From: Candidatus Latescibacterota bacterium
GTDB taxonomy: Bacteria; Latescibacterota; UBA2968; SICM01
Length of the DNA: 64,000 nucleotides
Direction of reading: 5' to 3'
NCBI GenBank assembly: GCA_965217865.1
Contig: CBDCJO010000002.1
Location: forward strand, 5,088,001-5,152,000
The notes below the pieces were generated by a model. The model made no database searches and was not told the origin of the DNA. It worked only from the letters and a program-made list of their open reading frames with translations. Position numbers and translations under genes: made by a program. This document shows positions 48,658-59,645 of this stretch, in pieces. Position 1 is the stretch's first letter. The number at the start of each line of letters is the position of its first letter.

Positions 48658-49915
48658 TCACATCTCCCGTTTCCTGACCATTTCGTGGCCTTCAAATAGG
48701 TCGTAGGCGATCGCTCCCTGGCTCTGCGCAGGAGGGGATGTGCCCAGAATGTGACAGAAGGTGGGTACGACGTCGGCTGCGTGGATGTATCCGAGTATAT
48801 TCACCGGCCGCTCGTAGATTCAAATAGTCGTAAAGATGCCAGTGACATATGAAGAAAGCGCATCCCTTCTCGTTGAGCATATAGTTCGCGACGTCAGCGA
48901 ACCAGAGGCCCTGGTACTCGCACTCCTCCAGGGCCGTGTTGAAGTCGGCCATGCGGGATGTGTAAGGGATCATGGAGGCGTGCTCCTGGTAAGGGCCGAA
49001 CCGTTCGATCAGCTCTTCGGCAAGGTCTTCCGGAACTGTAAATCCGTCCGCATAGGTGACCTGTGTGCGATAGAGTTTCATCTTTTCGCCGTCGGGAGAC
49101 AATTCAAGGAGCTTAAACCGAACCGAGGCGCGCTGGTCCTGTCCGTCGATCCGGAAGGACTCGATGGCCCAGTCGCTCCACTGACCCAATCCCGCATCCG
49201 CGATCCGGGTGGCACCATCCCTGCTGCGGCAGATGACGATCCTGTCGTAGCCCCCTCCATCACTGTCGAGCGCGAGGAGGTGAAGGCGGTTGACATCGCC
49301 TCCGAGGCGGGCGTGGATTTCGATATGCGTATCGAGAGGGGGGGCGTGACTCGAAGGCAGATTGGACCACCCTTCGGCGAGTCGTAGGGGGGGGATCTGA
49401 TCGATGCTGCGCCGCTCCGTGCGGACGGCCGTGCCGTCGTGCTCCATTTCGACGGCCACCTCCTCGCCCGAGGTGGTGTAGGCCTGACACATGGCCACCT
49501 CATAGTCGGTTTTGGAATGGCTTGGGTGACCGAAGCCGTCCACGACATAGCCCGATTGGACCCCTGAGGGATGGGCGGCCGGATAGTGGACCGCAACGCC
49601 TTTGAGCCCGGCCCGCTCCACGGCGTTCCAGATGCGCTCTGCATTCGGGGCGTGACCGTCGAAACTGTCGATCCGGTTTCCCGGGGAGGTCTCCACGTGC
49701 CACCGGGTGACGCCGTGGGTGCCGGTGTGGGCTCCGGTCGAGAGGGTCGCCCAGTTCGTGGGGGTCCAGACGGGAAAGGAGGGGAGGGTTTGATTCACGG
49801 TTCCCTCCTTCAACATCCGTTCGAAATTGGGCAGACAGCCTTCGGCAGCGAACTTTTTCACCATCGGGGTGATGAGGCCGTCCATTCCAAAGGCGTAGAT
49901 GTTTTTTTGAGACAT
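48658..49915 (-). pseudogene. Alkaline phosphatase/phosphodiesterase superfamily gene with an internal deletion
   Basis: FGMDG, WTPTNWATLSTGA..GTHG; after HLYDYLN (about 48817) another frame gives the family C-terminus DVVPTFCHILG..PAQSQG..YDLFEG, stop at 48660-48658. Confidence 0.78.
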
Positions 49916-49977
49916 TAGAGCTCCTTGAAAGCAGAGGATCGTCGTGAAATAAATTGAAGATTGAAGATTGAATATTT

Positions 49978-51067
49978 AGGATCTTCCTGGTTCTTGATGG
50001 AAAACGAGGTTTTGTGAGGCGACATATCAGCGGGCCAACGGTCCGCGATCCGGATTAACCCACACATATTGTTCATCGTAGGACTAGATGAATCAGGATG
50101 CGGTCAGGGATTGGGGGATGTGAAATTATCGCGGCCCTTCAGGCCGCACAACGATATGGCTTTCCAAGGACCCAGGGCGCTGCCCTGGGTTGAGGGATAA
50201 CGCGCCGTTGGCGCTGAAAGAAGATCCTGACTTTAATCTCGGCTTTTCGATATGGAGATCTTCCTTGTTTTTTGTGCAACCGAAGTTCTGTAAGGCGACG
50301 CATCAGCGGGCCAACGGCCCGTGATTCCTTGGCCCAGCCCAACGGGCTGGGTTTGAATGTGAGCGAATCCAGCGGGCCAACGGTCCGCGATCCGGATTAA
50401 CCCACACATATTGTTCATCGTAGGGCTAGATGAATCAGGTTGGGGGATGTGAAATTATCGCGGCCCTTCAGGCCGCACGACGATATTGCTTTCCAAGGGA
50501 CCCAGGGCGGCTCGCCTGGGTTGAGGGATAACGCGCCGTTGGCGCTGAAAGAAGATCCTGACTTTAATCTCGGCTTTTCGATATGGAGATCTTCCTGGTT
50601 TTTTGTGCAACCGAAGTTCTGTAAGGCGACGCATCAGCGGGCCAACGGCCCGTGATTCCTTTGCCCAGTCCAACGGGCTGAGATTGAATGTGAGCGAATC
50701 CAGCGGGCCAACGGTCCGCGATCCGGATTAACCCACACATATTGTTCATCGTAGGGCTAGATGAATCAGGTTGGGGGATGTGAAATTATCGCGGCCCTTC
50801 AGGCCGCACGACGATATGGCTTTCCAAGGACCCAGGGCGCTGCCCTGGGTTGAGGGATAACGCGCCGTTGGCGCTGAAAGAAGATCCTGACTTTAATCTC
50901 GGCTTTTCGATATGGAGATCTTCCTTGTTTTTGTGCAACCGAAGTTCTGTAAGGCGACGCATCAGCGGGCCAACGGCCCGTGATTCCTTGGCCCAGCCCA
51001 ACGGGCTGGGTTTGAATGTGAGCGAATCCAGCGGGCCAACGGTCCGCGATCCGGATTAACCCACACA
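49978..51067. repeat. Tandem array of about 330-bp REP-rich units (3 full plus partial ends) with a TnpA(Y1)/RAYT remnant
   Basis: Anchor CAGCGGGCCAACGGTCCGCGATCCGGATTAACCCACACA at 50028, 50370, 50701, 51029; five short palindromes per unit. Confidence 0.92.
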
Positions 51068-51225
51068 CAGAAGCCCCTGAATTTTGTCTCGCCTTCTCGA
51101 TTTAGCTCGAAGGCCCGGTGTCAATCGCGAAGACAGGGTCCACTATATTCCACGGAAAGCCATATTTAAGATTGGAAGCGCATGAGAGGCAGGTAAACGC
51201 AAATCGGAAAGCGAAAACCGGAATA

Positions 51226-52466
51226 TCAAGATGAACTGTCTCGCTTGGTTGCTTGACGCTCGTAAACCAGTCTGCCTGACTTAAAGACCGATACTGGCTC
51301 CCTTAAGGCGTTTAGATCTTCAAGGGGATTTTCCTTCAATAAGGTGAGATCCGCACGATACCCCGGTTTGACCTCTCCCAGCTCAGACAGGCTCATGTAC
51401 TCTGCTCCAAGGCTGGTCAAGGTTCTCAAGGCCTCCTCGTTGGAAAGGCCGGCCCTGGTGTAAGCAAGGATCTCGTCCACGAGGGAGTCGAAGGGTGTGT
51501 CGGTCGCCCCGCAATCTGTTCCTCCTATGATCTTCATCCCGAGCCTATAGAAGTGTCCGGTGTTCGTAAGACGCCCCTCCAGCCGATCGACTGCCGCCAA
51601 ATCATTCGGATTGTGAGACGCGCCTGATTTGCGATACCGCGCAGCGGTTTGAAGCCCGCTGTAAGCGGTGGGGCTGACGACGATTCCGCGATCCCGAATG
51701 CGCAGGCTGATATCTTCGTCATAACGATACCGGCCGGGAGGCTCCACAAAATTGACGTGCTCGATCATGTCCAGGCCGGCTTCGATCGCTCGCTCGATGC
51801 TCTCCGTTGCGTGACAGTGGGCGGTGATCTGCACGCTGTTCGCGTGGGCGACCTCTGTGGCCGTTTTCATCAGTTCCAGGGGGAGGTCCGCTTCGTAGGG
51901 GATTGTTCCGGGTGTCAGCCCACCCCCCGAAGCCATCAGCTTCACGAACCCGGCGCCCTGTTCCAGGTGCCCTTCGCTCAGACGGCGGACCTCTTCTACT
52001 GTGCTGACCTCACCGCCCATAAAGTGAAGGTGACCCTTGGGACGCATGAGGGCGTGGCCGCAGCTGATGATGTGGGGGGCGGCCCCAGGACTTCCCCCCG
52101 TTCCACCTGGCGTTGAAAGGGAAACATCAGGCGAGCGGGTGCGGCGCAGTCCCGCATCGTGGTGATCCCGGCCTGGATCGCGATGCGGGCGTTATTCTTC
52201 GCGCATTCCATTTTCGCCCCGTCGTCGCTCTCGATGTAGCTGGTCCTGGGCGCGCCGCTTGCGTCCAGAAAGAAATGCGCGTGGCAGTCGATCAGGCCCG
52301 GGCAGATGTAGAGTCCCGCGGCGTCGATCGTTTGGCCGGAGCGTCCCGGTTGGGATTCTGTTACCGAGTCGATTCGGTCGCCCTTTAAAACCACGTCGCG
52401 GTTCTGGTGGATAAGGCCACGGGCAACGTCTACCACGTTGGCGTTGTGGATATGGAGAGGGTTCAT
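51226..52466 (-). pseudogene. Amidohydrolase family gene with a frameshift near 52075
   Basis: PGLIDCHAH, AGITTMRD in one frame; KLMASGG, AHCH, IEH, GTDCG, ADL in another; junction in a C6 run. Confidence 0.82.
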
Positions 52467-52526
52467 AAGGGAAAATGAAAAGTGCAAAGTACAAAGTGAA
52501 AAGTGTAAAATGAAATCAAGGTAGTA

Positions 52527-55500
52527 TCATCCATCGAGTCGGAACAGATCTTCGACGTCCTCTTTGATAAGTACCTTGCCCAGGGCTTTGTCCACACCCA
52601 GGACGCCGTCCACAAGGTCGCGCTTCTTGCCCTGGAGCTCCAGGATCTTTTCCTCCACGGTCCCGCGGGTGATCAAGCGGTAGACAAACACGTTCCGGGT
52701 CTGTCCGATGCGATACGCCCTGTCCGTAGCCTGGTCTTCGACTGCCGGATTCCACCATGGATCATAGTGGATGACATAGTCCGCCCCCGTGAGGTTGATT
52801 CCCGTTCCCCCGGCCTTCAGGCTGATCAGGAAAAGGGGAATTTGATCTTCCCGATTGAATCGCTCGATACGGGCCTGCCGGTCGCGTGTGCGGCCGTCCA
52901 GGTATTCATATGGAATTTCCTCCGCATCCAGCCATTCCCGGATGAGCTTGAGCATGCTGACGAACTGGCTGAACAGCAACAGGCGATGACCTTCGCTGAC
53001 AATCTCGAGGACCTGTTCCTTGAGGGCGTCAAACTTTGCGGAGACGAGCAGCTTTTCAGGGACGGGGAGGCCGAGGAGTTTAGGATGGCAACAGACCTGG
53101 CGAAGCCGCAAGAGGGCGGAGAGGATCGAGATGTGACTTCTGCCGACACCCTTTCGGTCGATCTTTTCGAGCACCTCCTGGCGGACCGTTTCCAACACAT
53201 CGAGGTAAAGAGACCGTTGGTCGGGGAGAAGCGTGCAGTAGGTTGTTGTCTCTGTCTTATCCGGGAGGTCCTTTTCAACGTGCTGCTTCAAGCGCCTTAA
53301 GATGAAGGGGTGGATCCGTCTCCGCAGCCTGGCTTCGCAAGTTCGATCGCGTTCAACCTGGATGGGTTTTTCGAAGGTTTTCTGAAATTGAGGATAGCTG
53401 AGGAGAAATCCGGGCATTAAAAAGTGGAAGATCGACCATAGTTCGGAAAGACGGTTCTCAATCGGTGTGCCGGTCAGGACGAGCCGATTCTGCGCCTGGA
53501 GCTGCCGGCTCGCCCGGGCTGTTATCGAATCAGGGTTCTTGATGTTCTGGGCTTCATCCAGGATGGCGTAGCGAAAATCGAATGTTTTCAAAACCTTGAT
53601 ATCCCTGCGGAGCAAGGCATAGTTGGAGACGACCAGATCGCTTTCAGGGATCTGGTGAAATCGATCGTGTCGATCACCCCCGACCAGGGGGAGAACGGAT
53701 AGAGATGGCGTAAACCGGGCGGCTTCGGCCTGCCAGTTAAAGACCACGGACGCCGGTACGACGATAAGGGAGGGGAGGGGGCCGTCGGTCTCTTTCGCTT
53801 TCTGAATCAGGGTAAGGGCCTGGAGTGTTTTCCCGAGACCCATGTCGTCCGCGAGGATTCCCCCCAGGCCGAATTTTTGGAGGAAGTGGAGCCAGCGAAA
53901 TCCGGTAACCTGGTAGGGACGGAGGTTGGCCAAAATTCCCGCAGGGAGATCGATCTGTTCTATACCTGAAAACGATCTGAAACCTTCCATGAATTTTTGG
54001 AAAGGTTCATCCAGTTGGAGAGACCCCTCACCCTCAAGCGCGTCCAGCAGGGAGAGGGCATTGAACAGGGGAACCTTGAAGGAATTATCCTCGGAAGTCT
54101 TTGCGTCCAGATCCCTCACCGCTTCCCATACCCGCTGCACCCGTTCCTTCGGGATTTCGGCAAATGTCCCATCGTTGAGGCGGACATATTTCTTTCCCGA
54201 ACCAAGAAGCTGTGCCAGTGATTTTATGCCAAACGACTGTACCCCAGCCGCTCCCTCGGCTTCCATCGAAAACCAGTCGATCCCTTTCCCAAATCCGACG
54301 GAGACGTGAAATTCGAGCCGACTCGGCTCTAGTTTTTTCAGTCTCTCTACCCCGAAGAGGTCCCAGTCCCGGGACAGGACGGGGAGTTGGCCGCCGACAA
54401 AGTCGAGTGCGGCGTCTCCCTCGACGGACCAGGTTCCTTCCGGAGTAAGAAGAAATCCGCAGTCCTTCAGTCGATCGACAGCAGACCTTTCGGTTTCATC
54501 ATCCCGTTCTATCCAGACCGGTACGTTTCCCTCGCGAGTCGGGGGGCCGATATATGGGTTTGCGGTTTGGAAGTCGATTCGATTTCCCCCATAGTCGAAT
54601 TCAAGCCGCGCCGTAACATTGAGCCGCCGCACGTCCAGGGTGAGCACGCGCCTGGGGGTCAGGCGCCGGGATTCAACTCTTACATCTTCAGACAAGATGA
54701 CGTGCACGCCTAAAGGGGGATTTTTTATGAGATGAATTGCCAGGAGTGGAATTTCATCACCAGTCACTTCGATTTCCGATCGTCCTCCAATGCGAGCCGC
54801 CAGGCGAGCGGCATCGCGGCCGATCCTATAGAACGTGTCTTTTGTCCACGCCCAGGAAGTTCCGGACGGATAACTGGGAAAGACAGGCGTCGTCTCGAGC
54901 GGGAAATCGCCCCGGGTGCACCGCCAGGTAGGGTGCACGGCCAGTGTTCCAGGATCTTTCGGGTCCGTTTTAAGAACCAGGTGGAGGATTTCCTCGGAAA
55001 ATCCGATCGGGACCCCTGAACTCCCCATGATCACGGATTCCGACCAGCTTAACAGTTGGAGTAGAGGGCCGACTTTTTCGTGTCTTACAAAATGCCATTC
55101 CTTTTTCCCTTTCTGCCCCTCGTAATTCCGGTCGGCGTTGTTCAGGAGATAGCGCACAATGACCTCGTCATGACCTCCGATCTCCTGAACCGGGGGGTCC
55201 CCCAGGGAGTTGTAAGAGTGTTCCCAACCGATCAGGGACTGGAGGTTTTTTATGGGATTTTCCGAGGGAAGGGAAAGGACCGACACCCGCAGCCCATCCT
55301 GATCGGATTCCAGAGCATAGGAATAGCTATGCGTGTCTTGGTCTACAGGTTCCGTCTGATCCGGTTTGTTCACAAAGGAGGAAAGATCGAGGGAAAGGGG
55401 AGGGCTTGCCGGGGCGGGATAAGCGATGGGGTGCGAACTCGCATCACGCGAAAAAAGGGGATCTTGTGGAAAAGGTCCCAGAAATTCTATGGCCAGGGCA

Positions 55501-55742
55501 ACTGCGTGCTTGCACCAGACGGTATCGTGGGGACAATTGCATTCTATCTGGATTTTGCCGTCATCTTCCGGTTTGATCCGGACTTTATAAGGCTTTCCAC
55601 GGCTTCCTTGCACACGCCCTTCGACCCTTCCGTCCATTTCCTCGCAAGAGAGAACCGCACCTCCCTGATGAAAGGTGGTCCCTCGTTTAAGTACCAGATC
55701 CGGAACGTGACGATGAAGATAGGCGAATGTGATCTGTGGCAT
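52527..55742 (-). CDS. SWIM zinc-finger SNF2 family helicase
   Basis: CNC..WCKH SWIM, LRPYQ, LADDMGLGKT, DEAQ, LTGTPIEN, LRRLK, FSQF, AGGTGINL, QATDRAYRIGQ; start placed at MPQI 55742. Confidence 0.92.
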   Translation of the reverse strand: MPQITFAYLHRHVPDLVLKRGTTFHQGGAVLSCEEMDGRVEGRVQGSRGKPYKVRIKPEDDGKIQIECNCPHDTVWCKHAVALAIEFLGPFPQDPLFSRDASSHPIAYPAPASPPLSLDLSSFVNKPDQTEPVDQDTHSYSYALESDQDGLRVSVLSLPSENPIKNLQSLIGWEHSYNSLGDPPVQEIGGHDEVIVRYLLNNADRNYEGQKGKKEWHFVRHEKVGPLLQLLSWSESVIMGSSGVPIGFSEEILHLVLKTDPKDPGTLAVHPTWRCTRGDFPLETTPVFPSYPSGTSWAWTKDTFYRIGRDAARLAARIGGRSEIEVTGDEIPLLAIHLIKNPPLGVHVILSEDVRVESRRLTPRRVLTLDVRRLNVTARLEFDYGGNRIDFQTANPYIGPPTREGNVPVWIERDDETERSAVDRLKDCGFLLTPEGTWSVEGDAALDFVGGQLPVLSRDWDLFGVERLKKLEPSRLEFHVSVGFGKGIDWFSMEAEGAAGVQSFGIKSLAQLLGSGKKYVRLNDGTFAEIPKERVQRVWEAVRDLDAKTSEDNSFKVPLFNALSLLDALEGEGSLQLDEPFQKFMEGFRSFSGIEQIDLPAGILANLRPYQVTGFRWLHFLQKFGLGGILADDMGLGKTLQALTLIQKAKETDGPLPSLIVVPASVVFNWQAEAARFTPSLSVLPLVGGDRHDRFHQIPESDLVVSNYALLRRDIKVLKTFDFRYAILDEAQNIKNPDSITARASRQLQAQNRLVLTGTPIENRLSELWSIFHFLMPGFLLSYPQFQKTFEKPIQVERDRTCEARLRRRIHPFILRRLKQHVEKDLPDKTETTTYCTLLPDQRSLYLDVLETVRQEVLEKIDRKGVGRSHISILSALLRLRQVCCHPKLLGLPVPEKLLVSAKFDALKEQVLEIVSEGHRLLLFSQFVSMLKLIREWLDAEEIPYEYLDGRTRDRQARIERFNREDQIPLFLISLKAGGTGINLTGADYVIHYDPWWNPAVEDQATDRAYRIGQTRNVFVYRLITRGTVEEKILELQGKKRDLVDGVLGVDKALGKVLIKEDVEDLFRLDG

Positions 55743-56408
55743 GCCTTCCAGGTTCGGAAAATTTAGGTTTTCAGTTAAGTCGCGAAAGATAGCAGAAAGG
55801 GACGATAGTGTCAAGTAGGGTCGGGGATGGATACACCCTGTTTATCCGCAAGATCGCAGAACTCCTCCCAGGTGGACAATTCCAGTGGAATTCCCTTCTT
55901 GAGCCGGATTTCCCGAATTCTCCTCGACCGTTCTCCCGGGACCAACACCTCTGAAAATCCGTCAGCCGGTCTGCTTTGTTTAACGTGTCTGATAAAATCG
56001 TCCAATTGATCCTGAAATGCTTCCAAGGGAAGGAAGAAATCTACGTTGATCGAAATCAAAATGTGACCCACACCCCCGGAACCCGGATGATCCCCGCGTT
56101 CTGCAAGGCCGCACAGGATTCCGAGCATCAGGGCCAATCCGGATCCTTTATGTCCTGAGAGGCTCCCTCCCAGGGGTTGGATCGCCCCTTTGTTGGCCGA
56201 GAGGTCCGTGAAAGGATCCGTCGTGGGGCGACCCTGTTCATCCAGCAGCCATCCTTCAGGGCACGCCTCTTGTTTGGACCGCTGAACCATGATTTTTCCC
56301 CAACCCGTCGAACTGACCGACATATCAAGTTCCGCGAGTTCCTCCCCGGGGGTGGGAACCGAGATGGCCAGGGCGTTCACGCAGATCCGACCATCGGAGC
56401 CCCCATAG

Positions 56409-57934
56409 CAGCCCGTTGAAGAACTACCTTTCAACGCACATAAACGGAAAAGACGCCTGGAGTGCGGGTCAGATAAATCAAGGTAAGGAGATTGAGCAGG
56501 AGACGCTGATAAGAGGTTAAAAAGGTAACCGAGGGCAGCAAACGTGATTGTAGGACGAGCAGTAGACGCTGCAAGGCCTTGGCCAGGTCCTGGAGGGCCT
56601 TCGGAGTACCTACGCCCATCACTTTGCGCATGAGCAGAGCCAGGTTGCAGCCCCCGATGTGGATCAGCAAACGCTTGAGGATATTGCCGCGGTCTCTCAA
56701 GTGCAACCTGCGCATGCCACCGGTATCATATGTGTGAGCGATGGTTCTTTCCACCCGTTCTGCACGACTTCGGCGCAAGGCCTTGCCGCGATCTCCCTTG
56801 ATCCGGCGTCGATTCGCATATACCGCGGCCTGCTCATCTCGTCGGCCGTTCCACTTGCGGCGTCCCCGATCCGGTTCTGAAATGTAACTCCGGATGCCGC
56901 CTTGCTTCAGACTGGTCAATACATCGTTGCTATGATATCCTTTGTCCGCAACCACCTCCCGTATACGCTGTCTGTGCAAACGTTTGGCAGCTTTTTCGTC
57001 CTTCGCGACCTGCTTGAGATTGAGCGGCGCCTCGAGCAGCGTCCAGGGCAACGACTCGGTATCTCCTTCATCTGCTCCCGACAACGCCACTGCCACAATG
57101 GCATTGGTGTCCAGATCCACCGCGTGCTCCACCTTGTGCGCCATGTGCGTGCGACCGTCCTTCATCTTAGCGATCTTGGCATCCGGGTCGTGCGGGTGCT
57201 CCCAGTCCTGGTTCGATCCCTTCTTCGGTCGCTTCTTATCGATCTTGGACAAGTCCTCGCGGGTAGGCGTTTCAATGCCCGAGGCCTTGGCCAGATTCTC
57301 AAGGAATGCCTGGTAGCCTTCACCCGTGTCACGGCGTACAATGCTGCGCATCGCGGCGTTGGCCTCCAGTGTCGTAGCATCCACGCCCAACGTCTTCCCC
57401 TTCACCAGACCCGCTTTGCACAAGACCCTCAGGATCCACTTGAAAACCGCTTCGTGAACTTCCAAGGGAAGCCGATGCCGGATGCGAGACAGGCTGGAAT
57501 GATCCGGGGTCTGTTCGTCAAGGGCATACCCCAAAAACCGGCGCAACGTCAGCGAGTCAGATACACGCCATTCGATCCCACGTTCCGAATCAAGTCCCTC
57601 GAAATACCCAATCAAAAGCATCCGAAAATAAACCCCGGGCGGAATGCCCTTGCGACCCATATGAGGAGCGTAATACCGCTGGCAAAGCCCCTCGACGAAC
57701 TCGTCGAAGCCGTTCGCCCCCAATACCTGATTCAGCTTCTCGTAGAACGGATGACCCGGAGATTTCACCAAAGTGTTCGATGCGATGAACAGGTTTTCCT
57801 GTCTCTGTCGGCCTCGTTTTCCCATTGCCATTTGCTCGTCCTCCCTTCTCAGTTTGAACCTGATATATCATAGGACCAAACCACAAGGAAAGACAACAGT
57901 CATCTTGGCATAAACGCACTTTTTCAACAGGCTG
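56409..57934 (-). mobile_element. IS5/IS1182-like insertion sequence, copy 2
   Basis: Same IRs as copy 1; about 6 substitutions seen; flanks ATAG / CTAG. Confidence 0.95.
56431..57831 (-). CDS. DDE transposase (copy 2)
   Basis: 466 aa; differs from copy 1 at three residues (F/S, Q/P, V/A). Confidence 0.93.
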   Translation of the reverse strand: MAMGKRGRQRQENLFIASNTLVKSPGHPFYEKLNQVLGANGFDEFVEGLCQRYYAPHMGRKGIPPGVYFRMLLIGYFEGLDSERGIEWRVSDSLTLRRFLGYALDEQTPDHSSLSRIRHRLPLEVHEAVFKWILRVLCKAGLVKGKTLGVDATTLEANAAMRSIVRRDTGEGYQAFLENLAKASGIETPTREDLSKIDKKRPKKGSNQDWEHPHDPDAKIAKMKDGRTHMAHKVEHAVDLDTNAIVAVALSGADEGDTESLPWTLLEAPLNLKQVAKDEKAAKRLHRQRIREVVADKGYHSNDVLTSLKQGGIRSYISEPDRGRRKWNGRRDEQAAVYANRRRIKGDRGKALRRSRAERVERTIAHTYDTGGMRRLHLRDRGNILKRLLIHIGGCNLALLMRKVMGVGTPKALQDLAKALQRLLLVLQSRLLPSVTFLTSYQRLLLNLLTLIYLTRTPGVFSVYVR

Positions 57935-58439
57935 CTAGGGGGCTACCTTTCCGCGTCGACCTCCCAGGAGGACGATCCCGATTCTACCCCGATTTGCGGC
58001 CATCGCTGAGTAATAGGCAAGTCGTCCTGTATGTCCACAATTTGTGATTGTGACAATTCCGATCGGGTTCTGAATCGATTTTTCAATTGCACGATTCATC
58101 CCTTCAGACATCACCACCTGCCCGAAGCCCCGGTTTCCATCCATTTTCGCAGAAGAATCGGTTTCGTTATAGACCTTGATCCCGGCACCCGGGACAAGGT
58201 TGCCACGACGGATTTCTTTCACGTAGGGGGGGACCCGGAGGACCCCGTGGGAGTCGTGGCCGGCCAGGTTGGCCTCAACCAGGCAATCCGCCACGGTTTC
58301 CGCCTCGGAGCGGGGTGCACCCGCGGCGACGAAGACGTCGCTTGTGAATTTTTTGAGGTTTCCTGCTTTGATCCTTGGCATTGTGGAAATGAGAAGACTC
58401 TTTTAATGTCCCTTCAACATCCACCTTTGTCCTTCGCAG

Positions 58440-59618
58440 CTATTTCTTCCAGGCCATATGTATTTCACGTCTGACCTCTTCGACTTCGTCTTCCTCACGA
58501 CTTACAAATACAGCCGCGAATATCCTGTCGTTTTTAAAATATCTGGCGACAAAGGTATCCTCTGAGAGCTTTCCAGTAAAATCGACCCGATCGGGTTGAT
58601 GGTCGAAATCCCCAAGAAATTCAAACTCCAGATCGAAAAGGTCGCTGAAAAAGTAGGGTATCTCCCGGTATTCGACGCGTTTTTCGGCCATATTGGCCCC
58701 AGCGGCTTCGCCGTGTCCCTTTGCCGTTTCAAAATGTTCCACCCTGCGGCGTTTATCGAAGATCGTATCCTGATACCAGGCAATGTCCCCCGCAGCATAT
58801 ATCCCAGGGATCTCGGTTTCCAGATACTCGTTCACGGGGATCCCGTTATCCCCTTCAAGCCGCGTGCCTTCGACCAGGGTAAGATCCGGGCGAACGCCTA
58901 TTCCAAGGGCAACCATATCGGAATTCAATTCCTCTCCGGATTTGAGGACGCTCTTCTCCACTTTTCCACCCCCGCGAAATTCCGCCACCTGAGCACGGTT
59001 CTTCAGGGAAATCCCTTTTTTACGATAATAGTTTTCCAGCCAGCTCGAAATTTCCGGACTCAACATCCGATCCCACACGGCATTCTCCATGTAGACAAGT
59101 GTCACCTCCAGACCCCGTTGCTGAAATGCGGAGGCGAGTTCGAGTCCGATAAATCCCCCTCCCACAACTGTGACGCGCTTAGCTGTCCGGCTGGCTTCAA
59201 TCAGATTTTCGGAATCGGGTATCGTCCGAAGATAGTAGATCCCCTCCAAATCCGAACCGGGAACCTCGAGCCGGATTATATTGGCGCCGGTAGCCAAAAG
59301 AAGCTTTTCGCATTCGACGGTTTCCCCGGAGGTTAGGGTTACTTTTCGGCCGAGATCCAGGGTGGTGGCTCCGATCCCCTTGAGAATTGAGACATCGTTT
59401 TCATCGTACCAGTCCGCCTCGTGATGAACGATGTCCGAAGCCTCCCAATCTCCCTCGATCAGATATTTTTTTGAAAGGGGCGGCCTGTGGTATGGATAAT
59501 ATGGCTCACTGCTGACGATTTGGATAGAACCCTGCTGATCGTGTTCACGGATGCTCTGGGCGGCACTGGCCGCTGCCAACCCACCTCCTATGATAAGATA
59601 CTGGACCTTCTGATCCAT
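58440..59618 (-). CDS. FAD-dependent ferredoxin-reductase-type NAD(P)H oxidoreductase
   Basis: IIGGGLAA, PYHRPPLSK, LATGA, VGGGFIGLE, YAAGD, RVEH, PYFFSD. Confidence 0.9.
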   Translation of the reverse strand: MDQKVQYLIIGGGLAAASAAQSIREHDQQGSIQIVSSEPYYPYHRPPLSKKYLIEGDWEASDIVHHEADWYDENDVSILKGIGATTLDLGRKVTLTSGETVECEKLLLATGANIIRLEVPGSDLEGIYYLRTIPDSENLIEASRTAKRVTVVGGGFIGLELASAFQQRGLEVTLVYMENAVWDRMLSPEISSWLENYYRKKGISLKNRAQVAEFRGGGKVEKSVLKSGEELNSDMVALGIGVRPDLTLVEGTRLEGDNGIPVNEYLETEIPGIYAAGDIAWYQDTIFDKRRRVEHFETAKGHGEAAGANMAEKRVEYREIPYFFSDLFDLEFEFLGDFDHQPDRVDFTGKLSEDTFVARYFKNDRIFAAVFVSREEDEVEEVRREIHMAWKK

Positions 59619-59645
59619 ATCACCTCCGGTCTGTGGATTGATCCT

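Larger units (their letters stand above)
55811..58381 (-). pseudogene. Ldh_2 (malate/L-lactate dehydrogenase-like) gene interrupted by IS copy 2
   Basis: N-part GHDSHG, DGNRGFGQ, HTGR..Y, VAP; C-part YGG..R...N, LDMS, GHKGSGL, VLVPGE; joins as VAPYGG. Confidence 0.9.

Noticed and set aside
49978-51067. CRISPR array or repeated small protein genes
   Set aside because: Units are about 330 bp with near-identical intervening sequence, no unique spacers and no cas genes; the short ORFs change frame between copies
16149-57934. 40-kb composite transposon
   Set aside because: Each IS has its own reconstructable target site and the interval contains core genes
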